This document shows positions 19,172-28,152 of a stretch of DNA of 59,130 nucleotides, piece by piece. A program made the position numbers and the translations under genes. Source of the DNA: an uncultured Muribaculaceae bacterium (GTDB taxonomy: Bacteria; Bacillota_I; Bacilli_A; RF39; UBA660); contig CAZKFB010000003.1 of NCBI GenBank assembly GCA_964551965.1, positions 1-59,130 of the forward strand. The letters run 5' to 3'. The notes beneath the pieces are model-generated. The model was not told where the DNA came from, did not search any database, and saw only the letters and a program-made list of their open reading frames with translations. The first letter of the stretch is position 1; every line of letters starts with the position of its first letter.

Positions 19172-20149
19172 ATGGCTGTAATTGAAGTAAAGAATTTATC
19201 AAAAAAGTTTAAAGTAAAAATAAAGGAAAAAGGTTTAAAAGGTAGTTTAAAAACTATAATTAAACCAAAATATAAGACAATAGAAGCTGTAAAAGATATT
19301 AGTTTTGAAGTAGAAAAAGGAGAAATTGTTGCCTTTATTGGACCTAATGGAGCAGGTAAAAGTACAACAATTAAGATGATGACAAGTATATTGAATCCTG
19401 ATTCAGGTTCTATTAAAGTACTAGGATTTGATCCAATGAAAGATCGTAAGAAATTATCATACGCAATTGGAACAGTATTTGGTCAAAAAGAACAATTATG
19501 GACGCATTTAACTCCATACGATAACTTTAAGTTCTTTGGAGCTATTTATGATATTCCATCCTATGCTGTTGATAAAAAGATAGAGGAATTTAAAGCATTG
19601 TTTGAATTGGAAGAATTTATAGATACTCCAGTTCGTAATCTATCTTTAGGTCAAAGAATTAGATGTGAAATTGTTGCATCTTTAATTCATGAACCTAAAG
19701 TAATGTTCTTAGATGAACCAACGATTGGTCTTGATCCGGTAGTTAAAGAAAATATTAGAACTTTAATTAAACGAATGAATAAGGAATATAAGACAACAAT
19801 AATATTAACGAGTCACGATGTATCTGACATTGAAAAACTATGTAAACGAGTAATCATTATTAATAATGGACAATTAGTAATGGATGATTCAATGGAGAAT
19901 TTAAAATATCATTATTTAAACAAAAAGATTGTTGATGCTAAGATGAGAGAAAAAGTTAATCTAGATGATGAAGATGGTATAACAATTCTTAAGGATAAAG
20001 GATATAACATTAAAATAGAAGTTGATATTACTAAGAGAAGTGTAACTGATGCGTTAAAACTATTGAATCCTGATAATATAGTTGATATTAATATATCTAA
20101 TACTCCACTAGAGGATATTATTAGTAGTATTTATAAAAATAAGGAGTAA
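19172..20149 (+). CDS. ABC transporter ATP-binding subunit (DrrA-like)
   Basis: GPNGAGKS, LSLGQ, FLDEPTIGLD, TSH; start may be 19163 or 19166. Confidence 0.92.
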   Translation: MAVIEVKNLSKKFKVKIKEKGLKGSLKTIIKPKYKTIEAVKDISFEVEKGEIVAFIGPNGAGKSTTIKMMTSILNPDSGSIKVLGFDPMKDRKKLSYAIGTVFGQKEQLWTHLTPYDNFKFFGAIYDIPSYAVDKKIEEFKALFELEEFIDTPVRNLSLGQRIRCEIVASLIHEPKVMFLDEPTIGLDPVVKENIRTLIKRMNKEYKTTIILTSHDVSDIEKLCKRVIIINNGQLVMDDSMENLKYHYLNKKIVDAKMREKVNLDDEDGITILKDKGYNIKIEVDITKRSVTDALKLLNPDNIVDINISNTPLEDIISSIYKNKE

Positions 20150-20150
20150 C

Positions 20151-20942
20151 ATGAAAAAGTATTTATTTATAATAAAAACCGAAATAATGTCTAATTTCCA
20201 ATATATATGGAATGTTTTATTTGGATTTGTTGGTTATGCAATTATATTATTTATTCTATTTAACTTATGGAAATATCTCTATAGTGATCCTAGTCAATTA
20301 ATAAATGGCTATAACATGAATCAAATGACATGGTATGTAATTATTACTGAGATTCTTTGGAGTACTTTAGGTGGTAGAAAATTATGTCGTAAGATAAGTA
20401 ATGATGTTAAAAGTGGTAATATAGCTTACAACATAAATAAACCTTATGATTATATTGGTTATTCTCTATCTACTCATTTAGGAGATATGATAGTAAAAGG
20501 AATTATATTTACTATTTTAGGAATGCTTCTTGGATATATATTTTTAGGATCTTTTCCAAATTTAAATATAATTAGTATATTAATACTTATCTTAGTAGCA
20601 ATTTTAGCATCAATTATTAGTTGTTTATTAATTATTATAATTGGACTATTTTCTTTCTTTATTGAAGATTCAGGACCATTCTATTGGTTATATAGTAAAT
20701 TTATTCTTATTTTAGGAACGATATTTCCTATTGAATACTTTCCTAAAGTAATGCAAGGATTTTTGAATTATAGTCCAGTTTATGTAGTTAGTTATGGACC
20801 TGCTAAATTGTTTGTTGATTTTTCTTATTCAAGAGCTTTATCAATAATAATTGCCCAAGTAGTTTATATTATTGTTGTATCTTTAATTGCAAACATTATA
20901 TATAGAAAGGGAGTGAAGAGAATAAATGTTAACGGTGGTTAA
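20151..20942 (+). CDS. ABC-2 type permease
   Basis: Six hydrophobic segments, G-I-A-x-x-I-x-KP loop, operonic with the ATPase. Confidence 0.85.
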   Translation: MKKYLFIIKTEIMSNFQYIWNVLFGFVGYAIILFILFNLWKYLYSDPSQLINGYNMNQMTWYVIITEILWSTLGGRKLCRKISNDVKSGNIAYNINKPYDYIGYSLSTHLGDMIVKGIIFTILGMLLGYIFLGSFPNLNIISILILILVAILASIISCLLIIIIGLFSFFIEDSGPFYWLYSKFILILGTIFPIEYFPKVMQGFLNYSPVYVVSYGPAKLFVDFSYSRALSIIIAQVVYIIVVSLIANIIYRKGVKRINVNGG

Positions 20943-21720
20943 AAATCAAATAAAAGTTAATTTATTAACACTTAAATATGCTATTATGAGAGAAATGATT
21001 AATAAAATCACATTCTTTTCTAATATTATATTTATGATATTGAATAATTCATGTATGATTGTTCAATGGGTTGTTCTTTTTTCCATTAAAAGTGATATGG
21101 GGGGATATACTTTTCGAGATGTCCTTCTATTATGGGGACTTGCAGCAGGGACATATGGAGTATCACATTTTTTCTTTAAGAGATGTTTTAATCTATCAGA
21201 AACTATTAATAATGGTTCTTTAGACAATTATATTATTCAACCTAAAAATATCTTATTATCAGCTATTACTTCGGATGTTGAAGTGTCAGCCTTAGGTGAT
21301 ATGGTATTTGCTATAATAGTCTATTTTATATATGGATTTACTATTAGAGGATTTATTCTATTCATCTTGTTTTCTATAACAGGAGGTTTAATGATAACAG
21401 CTATTTCTGTTATCTTGAATAGTTTGAGCTTTTGGTTTAATAATGCCGATATGATTGCTGAATCAGGTAATGGTTTAATGACTAACTTTGCAACATATCC
21501 GGATGGAATATTTAAGGGAATTACTAAATGGTTACTATTTACAATTATTCCGGTTGGAATAGTTAATTATATACCAATAAAAGCAATAATAGCTTTTAAT
21601 CCAACATTGTTATTAATCAATGTTGTTGGTTGTATAATATTGGTTACTTTAGCATTCTTAGTATTCTATTTAGGTTTAAAAAGATATTCATCTACTAACT
21701 TGATGAATGCAAGAATTTAA
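20926..21720 (+). CDS. ABC-2 type permease (second subunit)
   Basis: Six hydrophobic segments, GSLDNYIIQP and YPDGIF motifs. Confidence 0.85.
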   Translation: MLTVVKNQIKVNLLTLKYAIMREMINKITFFSNIIFMILNNSCMIVQWVVLFSIKSDMGGYTFRDVLLLWGLAAGTYGVSHFFFKRCFNLSETINNGSLDNYIIQPKNILLSAITSDVEVSALGDMVFAIIVYFIYGFTIRGFILFILFSITGGLMITAISVILNSLSFWFNNADMIAESGNGLMTNFATYPDGIFKGITKWLLFTIIPVGIVNYIPIKAIIAFNPTLLLINVVGCIILVTLAFLVFYLGLKRYSSTNLMNARI

Positions 21721-21764
21721 GGATACGAACAAGATAGTATAAAAGATCTAATTTCTTAGATCTT

Positions 21765-22391
21765 TTAAAGTGCCTGATTTTTTATATCTCCATAAAAATT
21801 ATCTCCACAATTTTGTATTAGATATTCATTAGCTTTATATATTTTAGTAAATTCATATCCGTTAGATTTATCTTGAAATGCATTAAATAGAAGATAACCA
21901 ATTAGAAATATATTCATTTCTTTTATATTGTTATTATAGAAGTTTTTCTTTAAAAATTCTTCTTCAGTAGGAACGTACATATAACTAGTTAAATCAATAA
22001 AGTAGAAATGATTATCATGTATTATGTAGTTATAGTATAAGTCTTGTATTTTAAATCCATTATCACTCAAAATGATAATATCTTCTTTGATTCCTTCATA
22101 GTCTATTGAATCTCTATCTAATTCACTTTCTAGTAGTTTATTTTCAGTATATCCAATTACCATACCATCTTTGATAATTAAGTCTTGAGGTTTATTAAAG
22201 AATTTTAGGGGTAGAGTACTTAATTTTTCTATACCATTAATACTTATTATTTTATATGGAGAAGTTCTATTGTTTGAAAATAGTTTTATTACTTTATCTT
22301 CATAGTTATAAGCAGTTACTTCTTTTCCAGCACCTAAAATATTATCTTCTCTTATGTATTGTTCAATATTTTCATAGTTTATTTTATTCAT
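21765..22391 (-). CDS. Minimal protein-kinase-like fold protein (208 aa)
   Basis: LGAGKEVTAY Gly-loop, VIK, QDLYYN and FID motifs. Confidence 0.55.
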   Translation of the reverse strand: MNKINYENIEQYIREDNILGAGKEVTAYNYEDKVIKLFSNNRTSPYKIISINGIEKLSTLPLKFFNKPQDLIIKDGMVIGYTENKLLESELDRDSIDYEGIKEDIIILSDNGFKIQDLYYNYIIHDNHFYFIDLTSYMYVPTEEEFLKKNFYNNNIKEMNIFLIGYLLFNAFQDKSNGYEFTKIYKANEYLIQNCGDNFYGDIKNQAL

Positions 22392-22481
22392 ACTAATATC
22401 CTCACTTTTAATATTATAGCAAATTTTTAATATTTATAGTAAAATAGATAATTATATTTAATTAATGTTAGGGGAGTTTAT

Positions 22482-23855
22482 ATGTTAAGAAATGTAATTT
22501 CCGTAATTGATGGAGCTGCCGGTTCTTGTGGTAAAGCTAAAGTAATTGGTGAGATAGCTACTTTAGAAGGAATTAATTTAGGTGCTAGTGTAACCAATTG
22601 TATGCCTAATGCTGGTCATTCTTTTGTTGATAATAGAGGTAAAAAAATAGTATTTCGCAATATTCCCGTATCTTCAGTTAACCCTAAAACAGAATTATTT
22701 ATTGGTCCAGGATCAGCAATTGATATGGAAGTATTTAAAGATGAATATATGCGAGTTCAGAAAATTGTTGGAAATCGAAAAATATATATTCATGAGATGA
22801 CTCCCTTAATAGAAGAAAGACATAAAGCATATGAAAGGGAGCATATAAAAAGCGGTTCGACTTTTAAAGGATGTGGAGCTGTTACTCAAGAGAAAGTTAT
22901 TCGTGATGAAAAGTTAAGATTCTTTAAAGATTTTAAAAATGCTATAGTTTTATCCAATGATGATTGGTTAGATTGTCTTTATAAACATTTAGATAATGAA
23001 TCTGAATATGTTATGATGGAAGGATCTCAGGGTTGTGACTTAGATTTAAACCATAGTGGTAATTATCCTTATGTAACGAGTAGAAATGTATCAACAACTC
23101 AGTTGCTTGCCGATTCAGGAATTTCTGCAGAAAGATTGTTACAAACAATTTTAGTAATTAGACCTTTTCCAATTAGAATAAGCAATATTACTAAAACAGG
23201 TAAATATATCTATACTGGTTCTTATGGTACGGGGGAAGAATTAAAATGGACACAAGTAAATTTAGCTAGTATGTATGGTGGTTATCCATTTAAAGGCGAT
23301 GTTGATTTATATTCATCTAAATTAGCATGTGATATTGTTTCAAGACTTATTGATGAATGTCCGGAAGTATATTTAAAACAAGTATTTAAAAATAATTATA
23401 AAAATATTGTGGTAGAAAACATTACTCTTTTAGAAGCCTTAGAAATTGAGAGATTAGTTCATAAATCAAGAGGAGAAAGAGAGTACCAAACCGAGTTAAT
23501 AGATTTACCAACATTAGATTCTGAATTACCGGAAAACACGATAATAGATCAATCAGAAGAGACAACAGTTACAAAGATGGAGAGAAGAATATTTGATCTC
23601 GATATAAATAAATTAAAAAATAATTGCCGTATTAATACACCATCTAGTTTATATCTTAACTTTTTTGAACATTTAGGATACGAATTTATAAATGAAAAAG
23701 GTTTATTTGATGATATATATTTTAATAGGTATTTAAGAGAATATTTAAATTGGTTAGAGTATGAAACGGGCATTGATATATCAGCTTTAGGTACGGGACA
23801 AATTAATGGAAGTAGGATTGTAAAACAAAGAATATTGAGAGATATAATAAAGTAA
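22482..23855 (+). CDS. Adenylosuccinate synthetase-family enzyme with PurZ/PurZ0-like signatures and ~100-aa insertion
   Basis: GSCGK (Ser15 in place of the Asp of PurA GDEGK), MPNAGH, GSTFKG, EGSQG, YPYVTSR, RPFPIR, TTVTKMERR, LNF, LGTG. Confidence 0.85.
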   Translation: MLRNVISVIDGAAGSCGKAKVIGEIATLEGINLGASVTNCMPNAGHSFVDNRGKKIVFRNIPVSSVNPKTELFIGPGSAIDMEVFKDEYMRVQKIVGNRKIYIHEMTPLIEERHKAYEREHIKSGSTFKGCGAVTQEKVIRDEKLRFFKDFKNAIVLSNDDWLDCLYKHLDNESEYVMMEGSQGCDLDLNHSGNYPYVTSRNVSTTQLLADSGISAERLLQTILVIRPFPIRISNITKTGKYIYTGSYGTGEELKWTQVNLASMYGGYPFKGDVDLYSSKLACDIVSRLIDECPEVYLKQVFKNNYKNIVVENITLLEALEIERLVHKSRGEREYQTELIDLPTLDSELPENTIIDQSEETTVTKMERRIFDLDINKLKNNCRINTPSSLYLNFFEHLGYEFINEKGLFDDIYFNRYLREYLNWLEYETGIDISALGTGQINGSRIVKQRILRDIIK

Positions 23856-23895
23856 TTATTGCTTATTAATGATATAATTATTGTAGGTGATTACT

Positions 23896-24660
23896 ATGAA
23901 AAATGATTATGATAAATTTGCTTTAAAAAGACAACAAGATATAATTAATGGACTTAAACCTTCACATCGCTTTGTTGAAAAACCAATGATGAAGAGCATG
24001 ATGCCTGACTTGAAAGACAAAAAAATATTAATGCTTGGATGTGGAACTGGTGAAGAATCGGTTTTACTTGAAAATTTTGGAGCTGATCCTAAAAATATTG
24101 TAGGTATCGATTTATCTAGCAATTCTATTGAAATTGCTAAAAAGTCTTATCCTGATATTGAATTTATAGTAGGTGATATGAATTCTTTACCTTTTGATGA
24201 TAATACTTTTGATTTTTGTTATAGTAGTTTAGCTGTACATTATAGTGGAACTCCAAATAAAGTTTATAATGAAGTTTATCGAGTTTTAAATAGTGATGGA
24301 TTATTCTTATTTTCCGTTGCGCATCCCCTAAGATGGGCATCAGAAGAAAAGAGTATTGATGGTGATATTGCAAGAGTTATTGGATGTTCTAAAAGTGACA
24401 AAGCAAATAATGTATATGGAAAATATCATACATTTGAAAAGCATACCTTCTCATCTTTTGCTTGGCAAGATGATGGAGAAATATTGGAGTTTTATGTTGG
24501 ATCTCCATCCATGCATTTTAAATTGCTAAAGTCTGCTAAATTTGATATAATTGATTTCACTGAGTCAAAATGCGTTGAAGAAGCTAAGGAAGTAGATATA
24601 AATTATTACACTAAAAATGTTGAAGTACCTCAATTTATGGCATTCTTAGCTAAAAAGTAA
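23896..24660 (+). CDS. Class I SAM-dependent methyltransferase
   Basis: LMLGCGTG, GIDLS, GDMNSLPF, LNSDG; track start GTG 23887. Confidence 0.9.
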   Translation: MKNDYDKFALKRQQDIINGLKPSHRFVEKPMMKSMMPDLKDKKILMLGCGTGEESVLLENFGADPKNIVGIDLSSNSIEIAKKSYPDIEFIVGDMNSLPFDDNTFDFCYSSLAVHYSGTPNKVYNEVYRVLNSDGLFLFSVAHPLRWASEEKSIDGDIARVIGCSKSDKANNVYGKYHTFEKHTFSSFAWQDDGEILEFYVGSPSMHFKLLKSAKFDIIDFTESKCVEEAKEVDINYYTKNVEVPQFMAFLAKK

Positions 24661-24670
24661 AGGGGTTATT

Positions 24671-25435
24671 ATGAATAAAAAAGAGATATTAAAGAATGTC
24701 GATATTTTATATGCTATGTGGAAAAAAGGAGTTCTTGGAGGAGAAGTAATGCCGGAAGATGCAAATCCGCATCTAGAAAAATCTTCTTTAGAAAATTATC
24801 TATATTTTACTTTACCGATGGCTTTAAATTATCAGAGAAATTCTTATACTTTATGGGAAAGTGCAAATAAAACTTATAATGATGAAGAGACAAGATTTGT
24901 CTTTGATCCAAAAGAGTGCTTAAATAGGAGTTTTGAAGAGGTTCAATATGCTTTAACGAAATATAAAGTTGCTTTGCAGCGTCAAAAACAAACAGAGATA
25001 TGGTTAACTCTTTGTAAGACTTTTGTTGAATTATTTGATGGGGATATCAGGAATCTTTTTATAGAGTTCGATAATGATGTCGATAAAATTAGGGATTTTA
25101 TTCAAAATATAAATAAAAAGAAGTTTCCATATTTATCAGGAACTAAGATTTGTAATTATTGGCTATTTGTAATTTGGCAATATACAGGAATTCAATATAA
25201 AAATATTGAAAATCTAACAGTAGCTCCTGATACACATGTTATTAAATCTACTCATAGATTAGGTTTAATTAATGATTCAGAACTAGAAAGTTCAAAGGTT
25301 CAATCTATTGTAATTGAAAGATGGAATGAATTATTTGAAGGGACGAAGTATAAACCTATAGATATTCATACTCCATTATGGTTATGGAGTAGAAATGGGT
25401 TTATTGATTTAGATGAAAATATTCTAAATAAATAG
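24671..25435 (+). CDS. HhH-GPD superfamily DNA glycosylase-like protein
   Basis: HhH-like YLSGTKI with Lys and APDTHV with Asp; no Cys4 Fe-S motif. Confidence 0.55.
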   Translation: MNKKEILKNVDILYAMWKKGVLGGEVMPEDANPHLEKSSLENYLYFTLPMALNYQRNSYTLWESANKTYNDEETRFVFDPKECLNRSFEEVQYALTKYKVALQRQKQTEIWLTLCKTFVELFDGDIRNLFIEFDNDVDKIRDFIQNINKKKFPYLSGTKICNYWLFVIWQYTGIQYKNIENLTVAPDTHVIKSTHRLGLINDSELESSKVQSIVIERWNELFEGTKYKPIDIHTPLWLWSRNGFIDLDENILNK

Positions 25436-25461
25436 TAAAAAAATATAAGGGAGTTGAAGTA

Positions 25462-27207
25462 ATGAAAAAGAATAAAGAAAAATCAAATTTTTGGAAAAAT
25501 GTAAAAAAGACTTGGAAGTACATAAAAGATGCTAAAGGCAATTTAGCTGGCTATGCAGTAGTTAGTATTGGTGAAGGTGTAATAGGTGCAATATTACCTT
25601 TAATATCAGCTAAGATTATCTTAAATATTACTGATGGATTAATGTCACAGTTAATACTAACAGCATTATCAGTATTTGCGATAGAATTTGTTTTATATAT
25701 TATGTATTTCTTTAAGGGGTTCTTTTATCAAAGAGTATATCAAAAAACACTCATTAATTTGCAAACTGCTGTAGCAAGAGAAACTCTAAATTTAGAGATA
25801 AAAGAGATTGATAAAGCATCGTCAGGATTATTTATTGACCGATTAAATAAAGATACGGGAGATATTTCTGGATTATTTATGGAATATACTTATTGGTTAT
25901 CTTATGTTATATCAAATGTAGGAGTACTAGTTGCTGTATTCATACTTAATAAATATTTATTCATATATGCCATAATAACTTCTATTGCTATTTTCTTAAT
26001 AAATAGAAAGAGACTTAGTAAACAATATGAAGTCCAAAAGAATTTAAAAAAGATTCAAGAGAAGAAAACAGGTCTTGTTGGGGAACTTGTTAGAGGTATT
26101 AGAGATATTAAAGTATTAAATGCAAGCGATAATATTCTAAGACAAACTACAGATAAGATTATTGAATCTTCTAATGAAGAAGTTAAAATGTTAAATATTA
26201 GAAGAATATATCAATATTTTGAAAGCAATTTAAGATCGTTAACTGATTTTATATTTATAGTAATTGGATGTGTATTATATGAACATTCATTGTTAACGAT
26301 ACCGACTTTTATAATTATTTATAATTATCAACCAAAAATAAGAAACTTACTTATGGGTGTAGTTCAGATTTCAGAATTTAATAAAAAGTTTATTGTTGCT
26401 TCCGATCGTATTTATGAAGTAATTGAAGATGAAACATTTGCTAAAGAAAAATTTGGAGATTTAGATATTAAAAAACTATCAGGTCATATTGAATTTAATA
26501 ATGTTAAGTTTGGCTATAACGAAAATACAGGAATAATAAATAATATGAGTTTTGAAATTGATCCTAATCAAAAAGTTGCCTTCGTAGGTAAGAGTGGGGC
26601 CGGTAAGACAACAATATTTAGTTTAATAACTAAACTATACTCTATTGATGAAGGTGAGATATTATTAGATGGACACAATATCAATGATTTAACTCGTGAT
26701 TCTCTAAGAGATAATATGTCTATTATTACGCAAAATCCATATATCTTTAATTTCTCAATTAAGGATAACTTACTTTTAGCAAAAGAGAATGCTAGTATGA
26801 GAGAAATTAGAAAAGCTTGTAAGATGGCATGTATAGACGACTTTATAATGTCATTGCCAGAAAAGTATGATACTATGGTTGGAGAAAATGGAGTAATACT
26901 ATCAGGAGGTCAAAAGCAAAGACTTGCAATAGCTAGAGCACTATTAATGAAAACGGAGATTATTCTATTTGATGAAGCTACTAGTGCATTGGATAACGAA
27001 ACCCAAAGTGAAATTCAAAATGCTATAGATAACTTAAAGGGAGAGTATACAGTATTAATTGTTGCTCATAGATTATCAACAGTAATTGATAGTGATAAGA
27101 TATTCGTAGTTGATGATGGAAAGATAATTGATAGTGGTTCTCATAAAGAATTACTTAAGAAGAGTGAATTCTATAGAAACTTATATGAAAAAGATTTAAA
27201 TGTTTAA
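25462..27207 (+). CDS. ABC exporter, fused permease/ATPase (canonical site)
   Basis: GKSGAGKT, LSGGQKQR, LFDEATSALD, VAHRLST. Confidence 0.92.
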   Translation: MKKNKEKSNFWKNVKKTWKYIKDAKGNLAGYAVVSIGEGVIGAILPLISAKIILNITDGLMSQLILTALSVFAIEFVLYIMYFFKGFFYQRVYQKTLINLQTAVARETLNLEIKEIDKASSGLFIDRLNKDTGDISGLFMEYTYWLSYVISNVGVLVAVFILNKYLFIYAIITSIAIFLINRKRLSKQYEVQKNLKKIQEKKTGLVGELVRGIRDIKVLNASDNILRQTTDKIIESSNEEVKMLNIRRIYQYFESNLRSLTDFIFIVIGCVLYEHSLLTIPTFIIIYNYQPKIRNLLMGVVQISEFNKKFIVASDRIYEVIEDETFAKEKFGDLDIKKLSGHIEFNNVKFGYNENTGIINNMSFEIDPNQKVAFVGKSGAGKTTIFSLITKLYSIDEGEILLDGHNINDLTRDSLRDNMSIITQNPYIFNFSIKDNLLLAKENASMREIRKACKMACIDDFIMSLPEKYDTMVGENGVILSGGQKQRLAIARALLMKTEIILFDEATSALDNETQSEIQNAIDNLKGEYTVLIVAHRLSTVIDSDKIFVVDDGKIIDSGSHKELLKKSEFYRNLYEKDLNV

Positions 27208-27242
27208 AAAAAGACAATTATTAACAATTGTCTTTTTACTTT

Positions 27243-28046
27243 CTATATATTTAATTCTAATCCTACGCCAACTTCGTTTATTTCTAATTCTTTTCCCATC
27301 TCGATTTTAGCTTGTAGAGATACACAGTGACATGGATATAATAATTTAATATTATTATTCTTTAAGTATTCTATTGTTTTATATAATCTTTCATCTTTAT
27401 CGAATAGGTGGAAACCACCGATTACACCAATTACTCTTTCATCATTACATACTTTTTTAGCATATTCGATGATATTACAAATACCACTATGAGAGCATCC
27501 TGTTATTACAAAAATACCTTCATTACATTTATATGCAATTGCTGTATCGTCTTTTAAATAATCATCTTCTTTATTATCATCAATAATTGTCTTTCCTATT
27601 GAATATCTGTTTTCAAAATCAAAACTAGTTGGTATTTCTCCTAAATAATAGATGTTATTGCTTATTTTGTAAGGTTTATCAGTTAAATTTAGATTGTACT
27701 TATCATTAAGTTCATCTTTGTTTAATGGTGAACCAATATATAATCCAGTTTTATCTTCTTTATAACAAAAAGATAATGGATGAGCTATTAATTCTATATC
27801 TTTTTTATCTTTAATAAAATATTTTAGCCCTTTTGTATGATCATCATGTCCATGCGATATTACAAGTTTGTCTATATTATAAATATCAATTCCCATTTTC
27901 TTAGCATTTGATATAAATATATCTGAATAACCTGTATCGAATAATATTTTTGTGTCTTCGTCTTCAATATAATAAGATACAGCAGGTTCTCCTAAATAAT
28001 ATTCATCAATGTAAGTATTATTATCAACTAAAACTCTTAGCTTCAT
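27243..28046 (-). CDS. MBL-fold metallo-hydrolase
   Basis: LFDTG, ISHGHDDH, GCSHSG, GGFH, PCHC. Confidence 0.88.
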   Translation of the reverse strand: MKLRVLVDNNTYIDEYYLGEPAVSYYIEDEDTKILFDTGYSDIFISNAKKMGIDIYNIDKLVISHGHDDHTKGLKYFIKDKKDIELIAHPLSFCYKEDKTGLYIGSPLNKDELNDKYNLNLTDKPYKISNNIYYLGEIPTSFDFENRYSIGKTIIDDNKEDDYLKDDTAIAYKCNEGIFVITGCSHSGICNIIEYAKKVCNDERVIGVIGGFHLFDKDERLYKTIEYLKNNNIKLLYPCHCVSLQAKIEMGKELEINEVGVGLELNI

Positions 28047-28152
28047 GGATAACTTCTCCTTTTTAATAACTATATTAATTATAAATTATTTTATAATTAT
28101 TTACTAGTATTAAATGCTATAATATTGTTGTAATAGCATTGGTGGTGATTCT

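Noticed and set aside
21765-25435. Prophage around the PurZ-like gene
   Set aside because: No structural, packaging, lysis, replication or integration genes recognised; flanks are ABC transporters.
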